Shown piece by piece: positions 53,885-64,000 of a stretch of DNA of 64,000 nt. Position numbers and translations under genes: made by a program. The notes under the pieces are model-generated. The model had not been told where the DNA came from. It worked only from the letters and a program-made list of their open reading frames with translations, and did not search any database. Location: NCBI RefSeq assembly GCF_964204645.1, contig NC_134034.1, positions 558,001 to 622,000 of the forward strand, written 5' to 3'. The stretch is from Tubulanus polymorphus. Its lineage: Eukaryota > Animalia > Nemertea. Each line of letters opens with the position of its first letter. The stretch's first letter is position 1.

Positions 53885-54662
53885 TGGCTCTCCCTGTCCC
53901 TGTCCTGGCTCTCCCTCTCCCTGTCCCTGTCCTGGCTCTCCCTCTCCCTCTACCTCTCCCTGTCCTGGCTCTTCCTGTCCTGGCTCTCCCTCTCCCTGTC
54001 CCTGTCCTGGCTCTCCCTCTCCCTGTCCCTGTCCTGGCTCTCCCTCTCCCTCTACCTCTCCCTGTCCTGGCTCTCCCTGTCCTGGCTCTCCCTCTCCCTC
54101 TCCCTGTCCAGGCTCTCCCTCTCCGTGTCCTGGCTCTCCCTCTCCCTGTCCTGGCTCTCCCTCTCCCTCTCCCTGTCCAGGCTCTCCCTCTCCGTGTCCT
54201 GGCTCTCCCTCTCCCTGTCCTGGCTCTCCCTCTCCCTCTCCCTCTCTCTCTCTCTCCCTCTCCCTGTCCCTGTCCTGGCTCTCCCTCTCCCTCTCCCTCT
54301 CCCTCTCCCTGTCCTGGCTCTCCCTCTCCCTCTCCCTGTCCAGGCTCTCCCTCTCCGTGTCCTGGCTCTCCCTCTCCGTGTCCTGGCTCTCCCTCTCCCT
54401 CTCCCTGTCCTGGCTCTCCCTCTCCCTCTCCCTGTCCTGGCTCTCCCTCTCCCTCTCCCTGTCCTGGCTCTCCCTCTCCCTCTCCCTGTCCTGGCTCTCC
54501 CTTTACCTCTCCCTGTCCTGGCTCTCTCTCTCCCTCTCCCTGTCCTGGCTCTCCCTCTCCCTCTCCCTGTCCTGGCTCTCCCTCTCCCTCTCCCTGTCCT
54601 GGCTCTCCCTCTCCCTCTCCCTGTCCTGGCTCTCCCTCTCCCTCTCCCTGTCCTGGCTCTCC
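53885..54662. repeat. Pyrimidine-rich compound repeat (ctccctgtcctggctctccct...)n
   Basis: About 780 bp built from ctccct / gtcct / ggct modules. Confidence 0.93.
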
Positions 54663-57593
54663 CCCCAGTCAGAGAAGGAGAGAGTGAAGGAAGTGGGCTG
54701 GAAAAGAGGGAGAAGAGAAAAGAGTGATTCAAAATGTGGAGAGTGGAGTTTTACAGACGCAGGTTCGTCTGTACAAGTGACACGAGAACCGCAGAACCAG
54801 TAAGCAAGCCCTAACAGCTAAACAACAGCTTAGTATAGAATTGGGGATTTAGAAACTACTGGAATATGCAAATCACGTATATTGTGTTTTATTATCAATA
54901 TGGCGTCGACGTCACGTGACTGCGATGTATATCAGCGTCTCTTCCGGTGTATTCTCGCGATGTCTCGCGATATCTCGCGTGTTCCGGCCGTGTGTTAACC
55001 GTCTGTTTCATGGCTAATTGACCGTACACGAGAAAATCAGCGGGTGGAGAACGCAACTGTAGCAAGCGAGGATCAGACCGGGGTTCCGGCAACGCTACTA
55101 TGGCAAGCGAGGATTAGACTGGGGATCTGGTTCACCAAGAACCTTAGTGTCTGATGTACCACGGACTAGGATCGTGGAACGACGGGAATCTCAGTGGGGA
55201 CAACCAATATTGCCAGGAAGGGGCGAAGGGTTCCGGCAACGTTACTGTGGCAAGCGAGGATCAGACTGGTGTGCCTTCAACGTTATTGTGGCAAGCGAGG
55301 ACGTGTCGCGCTGAAATATGTCGCGTGGCGGCACTGAGTTCGACACCGACTCGTTATCGGATCTCTAGGAATTACATCAATTCTACGACTCGCTTCAAGT
55401 GCTCTCCACTAATTCCCGTAAATCAACGTGTAGCACCGTGACGTCATCACTCGATTATCGATGACGTCATCATTAACGCGTGGATGCCTGCACACAGAGC
55501 GAATCGATTTTTATAACTTGTTTTCATCTGCTGATTATCCGGGTATTTTTTCGCTGCGGTACACGATTTGTTTATTACATTTATTGATTTGTGAAGAACC
55601 TCTAGAGATCGGAGACGAGAAAAAACGTGTTCATGTGGAGAAAAGAGAGATGAGAGAGAGGGAGAGAGGGAGAAGGGGGAGGGGGAGGGGGAGGGGGGGG
55701 AGAGAAGAGAGGAGGAAAGGAGAGAGGAGAGAGGAGAGAGAAGTTGGAATAAAACTTATTCAAACAAAAATCAAACTTTGACGACGGAGCGAACGAAACG
55801 TCGGTCGTTGATCCGCGGACGGCGCGAGTAATTAATTTTCAAGTTAGTTTTTAAAACTGTTAAAACGTCACTTCAAACCGGCGCGGCAACAGCGACGGCG
55901 ACGACGGAGCAGACGAGACGAGTAGGAGAGAAAGATTCGTAATCGTCTGCGCCAAGCAGCGACAGACGACACGTCAAACACGGAGAAGGAGGAGATCACT
56001 ATCAAATAATTAATTGCCAACATTCCCGCTTTGACATGGCAACTGAAATTTGCAGCGAATTTGCAGCTAACTAATGATTTCTTTCTCTCATGTTCGAACT
56101 CGACGCAGTCTCTGAAAACACCCCGTCTCGTTTTTTCAACACGCGATGTCGCCACCGGCGCCGCGCGAATCTCCGATAATCATTAACCGATTTCCCTCCT
56201 TACTGGTTTTAACACACGGACACCGATCGGTTTCTTATCTCGGTAGAAAATTCGATGGCTGGAAAATTAATCGTCGCAAATTAGATTCAACCCGTTTATC
56301 TTATTTTACATAGACCGCGTCTCATTTTCGATTCATCGATCATCTTCGTTTCCCTGTACCCTATAACGAATTTGTTTATCGTAGTTTTCACCAACCATAT
56401 CGGTTATCTTAGTTTACCTATACCCTCACGAAGATGTTAATCATAGTTTTCCGAAAGCGTCTGTCACTGCGTTTCACTATACGGCGACCTTCGCACGACC
56501 TCCCGCCACTAACTGGTTTTATGTAATATGACCCGGAGCGCTCACAGCAGTCCCTGACGCCTCCAGTCACATGTAACACGACTATAATTAAGTAAACGGC
56601 GCGGCGGACGTGTGAGATACCTAATAGTGACTTGTAGATAAAATGCCCCGCCGCTCCACGCTATTCTCCTGTATTACATTCGTTATAAGTAACCGGTTAC
56701 AAATTAACATCACGGTAGAACAGATCTAACTGTAGCGACTCCTAGTGGTTAGAATACACACTAGAGTTCCTATTGAGCTTACAACCCAGTTGTATCGACC
56801 CCTAGTGATAAGAAAAGACACTAGAGTTCCAACCTAGCTTTAGCGACTCCTAGCTTTTAGAACAGGCACTTGAGTTCTTATTGAGCTAACAACCTAGCTG
56901 TAGTGCCCCCTAGCGACTAGACCAGACACTAGAGTTCCTATTGAACGGAAGCAGTGACCCCTAACGACCGACTAAAACACTATAATTAGTTGATTATTCC
57001 GGCCGATGAGATTAGACATGCCAGAGCTCTCATCGATCAGTGACGTCTGATCTTGCTCAGCATCTCAATGAATGTAAACTCCACCCTTGATGGCTTCCGT
57101 AATCTCTTCAGTTAATTGAACCCCGAGTCGATGTTACAAGATGTTATCTTTTTAATGACAGGTCATCGCTCGGACGAGCAAACTGAATTACAATATTGAC
57201 CCAGCACTGACCGGTGTTGATCACTGGTTGTTCATCTTGACCTATGTTTGAATGTATGTATAGAACCGTCTGCAGTTGTTCATCGCGGCTTTCATTGATA
57301 TTGGGGTTCGAATCCCAGGGCTTACCTTTACTTTCTTTGATATTAAGGTTCGAATCCCATAATTTGCTTATGATTTCTTCGTTTGTTGTCCGATAGTAGT
57401 TTTGCAGCTACGTGTTTTTATCACGTGTGAAATAACGAAAACACTGGTTGATTGGCGAACGCAATAAATGATTTACATAACAGATTATCGATGTTTTTAA
57501 ATCCCCTGATTACTTTTTGTTCTTATATCCAGTAGGTCTCCACCACTAATTGCCGAATTCTTAATTGAAATATCATTATTCTTCATTTTCTAG

Positions 57594-57656
57594 GACAAAC
57601 TATTAACAAAACTGGACGACCACGAGGGCGAAGCTCCAGAAACAGTTGAAGATGAG
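57594..57656 (+). CDS. Exon 2 of TM-RING finger protein
   Basis: cattttctag acceptor, 63-nt phase-0 exon DKLLTKLDDHEGEAPETVEDE, GAG|GTAAAT donor. Continues the coiled coil (LNQKI-DKLLTKL) and leads into the RING. Confidence 0.85.
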
Positions 57657-59875
57657 GTAAATATTCAAAAAACACACTTTACGATAGCAACACAACTTCT
57701 CGAGAGTTAAATTTGGCACGATGCCAGGATACCACCTTACACGAAATTAGAAGGAATCCATATGTAGAGAATATTTAAGGTGAAACGCTGAATGGGGCCG
57801 AGTTACTGGACAGGTCGCGACTAAAACTTGTTGTTTGTTGTTTCTTTGAATTGTGTATAGCCTCCCAGTAAATATGTCTGCCTCCATATATCCCACTATG
57901 ACGTCATCAAAATATCTTACCATCGAATTACTAAATCAATGGCTCCTCCCTTATCTATGGCTATTCACAGCGGGCTGAGTTTAATGACGTCATAAGGGCG
58001 ATTGATTTTTGATGGTTGTAGCCATCTTTCAGGTCTATATTCTAGTAGTAGGCCTGTAGAGTGTATTGATGTTGATAGTAAAAATCTTGTATATCTTCAG
58101 CGTCAGAATACTGAACAGTGTTTATCACATTTAGGATTAGATTGTCAGAAGGTAGGCGCTTTTTGTGTTAGACCGCTTTTTCATCACCTGCCACTGCCTG
58201 CCACCTGCAACCCATCGCTTAAACAACACGGGGCCTAGTTCCGTTACAAACTGCTGGAAAATCTTTTAAGCTCAAGTCAGAAATAAGTATAGAAAAAATG
58301 CATGTATTTATGTGTGTTTGGTCTTACATAGAGAACGGGCCCGAGTTTCTTTTTGAAATCCTCCTTCACGAAAAAGAAATCACACAAGACGCGGAAAACA
58401 CGTGGCTGGTCAGGTGACCACTCGTGATGTGACGTGATCGCGCCACGTGATGTGACGTTTCAACTGATCCCAACCGTCACATTTCACTTCGAAATTTTGA
58501 ATTGGTTTTTATTGTTAATCTTTCGATGTTGCTGTTTTCATATTTCACGCTTCCTAAAAAAATCTGTCGTTTTTCCTCTCGCAAGTTTATCTTATATCCA
58601 TTAATGATTGTTCTTCACGCTTTAACAACTTTCAGCACTTTTGAAAGCGTTTGAATAAAGGCTTCTTTATGTAAAAGTAGTAAAACGTAACCGAAATATG
58701 GTGACTCGAACACCAACCGTATAAATCAAGTCTCCGAAATAGACCACGTGATCGTTGGTCGTCTGGTCGAGTGGTCAGAACTAATGACCCATCGATAACG
58801 GGTTCGTATTGCGGCGAATTCGTTATTTCCTATTTTCAGGAAACTTCCTTCTCAAATCCTAGCTTACTATCTTTAAGCTCTCATAGTTTTAGTATCATAA
58901 TGTATCAGTAAAAGATACACCGGAGATGCCTCTGTTGTTGCCTCATCGGGTTCGAGTCCCGAGATTATTCTTTTGGCGGAATCTTTTAGACTTTCATCCT
59001 AAAACAAATCGATCACGCCATCTGGTGGTTGCATAATAAGATCTTATGTAAACAATTTAATACATAAACATTTTACGAAGTGCGGCGCGTTCGTTTTCAC
59101 TGAAGATCTCCCTTGTTAGTCGTAAAAACCGAATCGCATTCTTAATTATTTATTGTCAAATAGATTCTATTCCAGTCACGAATGAACTGTACGTCTGAGC
59201 ACACAGATATCTATCTGTATAATGCGAGATATTGATATAGCGAGGATCATCACTGCGGGCAGATCTTACACGTACTTCATATCATTGACGCAACGCAAAC
59301 TTATTAAATTATAGCTACACCCTCGGAGAATTTATAGATATACTGAAATAATTCAACCAACAACTACTGTTGACTGGTATGATAGAAATACATCAGGATT
59401 CAGTTTCACGAAAAAGTTTCCCTCAAATTTTTGGTGTAATTGCCGTTGGTTACTTGATGTTATTCAATGAGGACAACAATTCAAACTTTAAATTTAAGTA
59501 AATATTTTTCCATGAAACTGGAGCTTGGTTTTATAGATCAGTATTAACTTTAACTAGGGAAACATTTATCTACCCAACTCAACTCAATTTAGCCCCCCCA
59601 CCCCCCTATAAGTCCAGCCCTAGGATCTAGATCTAAGATTTAATGTAAAAATTAGTTGATTTATCAGTGAATCAGAACAGTCTATCTTTCCTTCATGAAA
59701 TTCGCTCGCAGCGCCATCTCCCGGTGATAATCGGATGGACAAATTGCCAGACTGAGAGATGTAAAGTTGGACCGTCTCCTCATAAATTACTCTGGTCATG
59801 AGAGTAAACGTTTGTCTTAACGGCCCTTGATATCATTGGTAATAAAATACCATTTTCATATTCTGTATTTTGTAG

Positions 59876-60103
59876 TGCGTAATTTGTCTCGGTGCCAAAG
59901 CGACGATGCAAACTCAGCCATGCGGACACAGAGTCGTCTGCCGAAAGTGTTTCGTAAAAACCATCCAGGTGGCGGTAACGCAGCGATGTTTACCGCTGCG
60001 TTGCGTCATATGTCGAGCGAGAATTTTGAAGCTCAAACAACAATCGTCACGGATCAAATCGTTTATGCCTTCCTTCACACGACACCGCGTGCATCCTAAA
60101 TGA
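59876..60103 (+). CDS. Exon 3 of TM-RING finger protein (C3HC4 RING, putative E3 ubiquitin ligase)
   Basis: tattttgtag acceptor, then CVICLGAKATMQTQPCGHRVVCRKCFVKTIQVAVTQRCLPLRCVICRARILKLK...HPK*. All eight C3HC4 ligands are present. Spliced product is 182 aa (147 aa from 22231). Matches my recollection of an uncharacterised invertebrate RING family (Drosophila CG2617-like; unverified). Confidence 0.9.
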   Translation, partial: CVICLGAKATMQTQPCGHRVVCRKCFVKTIQVAVTQRCLPLRCVICRARILKLKQQSSRIKSFMPSFTRHRVHPK

Positions 60104-60910
60104 GACCGGCCGGTGGCGCCATCTTCGTTTTGTAGTTCCCGGAAAACAATGCCAGCAGAATTAACGAGACACGAGATTTTTTAGTAGGTTTAACATCATC
60201 GATGACGTCTGTGCTTTTTTTGTGGCGACGCAAAAATTAAAATTGCGGTAGAATTTATTAATAATGACCATAGTATAAACCATACGTATGATACTACGTT
60301 TAGAAACCGTCACAAATATCCGTGTGGTACGTAGGCAATATCTGTGCAATATGACGTCACTGCTTTCTGTTTGTAAGGAGCAACTGGTAACAAGTGAGGT
60401 GTCTGGTACGTAGGCGTTATCTGCGCAATATGACGTTACTGCTTCGTGCGTAAACAAGCTACTGGGAAAAGTGAGGTGAACAGATCCCGTGTGGTACGTA
60501 GGCAAGGTCCGCGCAATATGACGTCACTGTTTCATGTGTAAACGAGCTACTGAGAAAAGTGAGATGAATGCGGATGATGAATTGAATCTAAATTGGAATC
60601 GACGGCGTTAGATTAAACAGAAATACCAATAGAACCGATCGTGCCACACTGGGATTCGAACCTGATGGCATCGCGAGCAGCTCCACCAATCGAAACACAA
60701 TCCCCCGACGACGAAACGCTAGTTGGATGCAACGGACCGTGACGTCAAACGCTGACGAGTTGAAGAATATCCCCGAAGAGAGAAGAGAAGAGAGGAGAGA
60801 AGAGAGAAGAGAAGAGAGATATCACGCGAGCTATTCATAATAGTCTCACTGTGAATATGGTTGTGGTGCTGAGGTAGCGGTCTCACTGTATCAGTATTTG
60901 GGTGATAGTA

Positions 60911-61278
60911 GCATGCACCCGGACTAACGGTCTTCTAGGGCGCGATCTTCAGCATGTACCCGGACTAACGGTCCTCCAGGGCGCGACCTTCAGCATGTAC
61001 CCGGATTAACGGTCCTCCAGGGCGCGACCTTCAGCATGCACCCGGACTAACGGTCCTCCAGGGCGCGACCTTCAGCATGTACCCGGACTAACGGTCCTCC
61101 AGGGCGCGACCTTCAGCATGCACCCGGACTAACGGTCCTCCAGGGCGCGACCTTCAGCATGCACCCGGACTAACGGTCCTCCAGGGCGCGACCTTCAGCA
61201 TGCACCCGGACTAACGGTCCTCCAGGGCGCGATCTTCAGCATGCACCCGGACTAACGGTCCTCTAGGGCGCGATCTTC
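60911..61278. repeat. 41-bp GC-rich minisatellite (gcatgcacccggactaacggtcctccagggcgcgaccttca)n
   Basis: 9 copies downstream of the RING stop codon. Confidence 0.95.
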
Positions 61279-61751
61279 GGGCAATTCACTATCGGTGCCG
61301 AGAAAATAAAACGGAGTTACCCCTAAATATCATCCTTGGTGAACTCCTACCTCGTTCAGTTGCTAGCGGCAATAATTCTACATATTGTGATCTCAAACAA
61401 CGAACAGAAGTAAAAACTTAAAACATATCAAATCAATACTAATCAACTGATCCAGCTCCGCAGTTGTGAGAACTCAGCGAAATTGTTTCATTTTCACTTG
61501 TGTCAATTCTAGACTCAAGCTATGGAACTATGGGCCCAGGTCAACTCTGAACCGTGACGAATGCAATGCATATCCAGTGTAAGTCGGTCATTCTAGTTCA
61601 TGCACATTTTCACGCGTGAACAGGTGACAGGGGAAGGGGGAGGGGCTGTTTGGAGATGTAGGGGTGTGGTCAAAATGGTGAGCATCTCACGTAAACAGGA
61701 AGGTAGGAGAAATAAGGGACCATAATTCGAAGTATATATTTTACATACCAG

Positions 61752-61859
61752 GACCCAGTTCCACAGTTGTGAGTTAGAGTTAACTCTGAGTTACGATAAG
61801 TTCATTTTCAATGTTTTAACCCAGGGTCAAATCTTAACTCAGAACTGTGGAACTGGACC
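61752..61859. mobile_element. PIF/Harbinger-like MITE, family M1
   Basis: TIRs gacccagttccacagttgtgagtta / taactcagaactgtggaactggacc, flanked by CAG and CTG. Further degenerate copies at ~1499-1580 and ~61450-61538. Confidence 0.78.
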
Positions 61860-62087
61860 CTGCGCATTATGTAACGTGACCAATGGCTTTAATTGGAATA
61901 AACAATAGCGATGAACTTAGTACGATGATAGTGCAAGCTGTTTATAAGCAGATATTGGTATCGATTTTCATGAAACGGTTATTCTTTTATGAGTTACCCG
62001 GATGTGACCCGGATATGGCGGGGCAGACGCGATCCTTGAAACCGGTCGTGGACGATTAACAAAGATGATTCATGGCTTATAAAAAAC

Positions 62088-62215
62088 ATGGCTGCCTCTA
62101 TAAATCAACCTATGACGTCATTTATTATCGATATATTTGATGTAGTGGAAAACGAGATCTATTATCTACAGCAATAATTGCGTGATGTCATAGGGGGATT
62201 TATAGAGGCAGCCAT
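62088..62215. mobile_element. MITE-like element, family M3 (TIR ATGGCTGCCTCTATAAATCCCCCTATGACRTCA)
   Basis: Inverted termini of about 33 bp. Similar inverted pairs at ~52655-52846 and ~57874-58025. Confidence 0.7.
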
Positions 62216-64000
62216 CAATTACAATATCCTCGGGAGTTGATAACGTATTCGGGGATTTTCCACTGCTAGAAGGCGCAAAACCCCGGCTCTATTTTGCCTT
62301 TGTATCACTGTAATAGCCCCCCCCCCCGAAACTCAACTCCAATCGCATATAACTGTAATTTCTCAACTGATACTCGAAAAACAATGAGCAATAATTGGTG
62401 GAAATATCATTCAAATATTCAAATCGTAACGGAAGAAACTTTCGCTGTATTTTAGCAATTTATATCGTTATTCATGATCGGGATATCGACTGCTACTGTG
62501 GCAATTAAGGTTTCTACAATACCGACCGCTAGTCGTGCCATCTGGTGGTATAACTTGTGCGCGCGCCGGTACCCCGGCCCGGGTAGTCCCCGAACATCAT
62601 TTAATCATTCAATGATCAAATATATTGTCACTTCATAAAGTATAATTATAGACATCACAATAGTCATAAAATCAGCAAATTATTGAGAAAATAATGATAA
62701 TTTTATACGAAATGTTGATTGAACATTGACCATTTTACCGTACATATTCTCTGTATAGTATTACACGCGCTTCCGAATTATTATTCTTCTCGACCGTACA
62801 GTGCTGCCACCTACGACGACGATTCGGTTGTAGGAAGCGCTGCGCGATCTTGGAGACACACGAGGCTTTTTAGATTAAAAACTAGATAGGTTCGTTCGGA
62901 CGTATTAATCATCTCGCAGATGTCGCAGCACACATTTTTAAAACATATTTTTGATTCCTATCGCCCTCGGCGGAGAGGGTTTACGTCTAATGATGTCCCG
63001 AGAATGATTTTGAGGATTTTTTTAAAGATTTTTTTTCTGAAACCTTTTCTTGGAAGAATTTCGTGTTCTCAGTTAAATCTCAAAATGAAGAATCGGTCTT
63101 TATTTTCAGAACCTGGTTTTAGTCAATGTTAAACATGATATCAGTACCGAATATAGTCTTCACTTCCGGTTTACAGAGACACCTTTCGAGCGTTAAACGC
63201 ACTATATTACTGCCAAAATAGATTCGATGTTTTCCTTATTGAAATGATTTATGATTTGATAATAAGACGTTGGGGTACGGGTTGGGTTTAGGGTGGGGAT
63301 GTGGTGTATTTATTATTATGATTGTTTAAAGATTAGTATTATATGTTATATAATGTATTAGATTTTGTTAGCGTTTATCAATGATTTTTATGAACCCGGT
63401 TTTATAGACTGCACGTCAAAAACTATTTTTGTTGTTGTTATGGTATCAATTTGCGGCCTGGATCGATCTGTACCCCTCAGCCAAGTCTAAACCCTCATTC
63501 CCCAGGTTCCACGAGTGCTCCCAGTACTTCAGTACTTTATTTGAGACATTTTAAATCGAAAATGAACAACAAACAGCAGACATTAGACATTTTATCAGAA
63601 CACACACTTTCAAAAACTGATCCCGACCACACCTAGCACCATGATCTGGTTGAATGTCACGAGGGGTGTAGGTCTCAGGCTGCTGTAGATCTCAGTTGCA
63701 AGAAAGTCGGGTTTAAACGCGATTCAGTCTATACTAAACCGGGTTTTACAACAGTAACTAGAAAAAGTATTAATTACAGATTAGTTTAAATTTACACGTC
63801 ACTGTATTACTGTAAATAGTTCTTTAAATATCGTCCATGACACAGATGAGACGGTAGTGGAAAATCGGTTTGGACACGTTTACTGTGGCAAGTGATGATT
63901 ACACTGTGGCAAGGGAGGATCCACCAGGGGCGCTTCAGTGAAATGTTAGTCTACTACGTGGATCCGAGCAATGTGGTGGTGGGATATCCGTCTTTCCAGG

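Noticed and set aside
53867-54803. Long SLSW/LPVLA/RGRG ORFs
   Set aside because: Low-complexity pyrimidine repeat. The same applies to the ORFs over 5181-5573, 6690-7055, 13023-13548, 26220-26829, 30216-30524, 39334-39695, 46876-47241 and 49871-50382.

Overview
This is eukaryotic (invertebrate animal) genomic DNA with GT-AG introns, so most ORFs in the six-frame track are repeat artefacts. I reconstructed five protein-coding loci by hand. (1) The 5' end of a Pro/Gly/Ser-rich gene on the minus strand (1-366, possibly MPLKIP/TTDN1-like). (2) Head-to-head with it, a complete 17-exon WDR24 gene (GATOR2 subunit, 902-10996, 811 aa). (3, 4) Two tandem 3-exon genes for secreted PAN/apple + WSC proteins (12676-15420 and 16501-17978), whose WSC domains differ in two dense clusters of replacements. 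(5) A small membrane-anchored C3HC4 RING ligase gene (22126-60103) whose first intron is 35 kb. The non-coding DNA is dominated by short TIR elements (PIF/Harbinger-like, CWG target sites), minisatellites apparently seeded from MITE termini, and microsatellites. Main observations worth following up: repeat families carrying CTCF-like motifs arranged in orientation blocks around a palindromic double site; tandem duplications that multiply WDR24 splice sites (four in-frame donors, one frame-shifting decoy acceptor); an excess of CRE motifs plus promoter-like islands inside the giant intron; and apparent diversification of the PAN-WSC pair. All calls come from reading the sequence and from recalled family knowledge; no searches were run.
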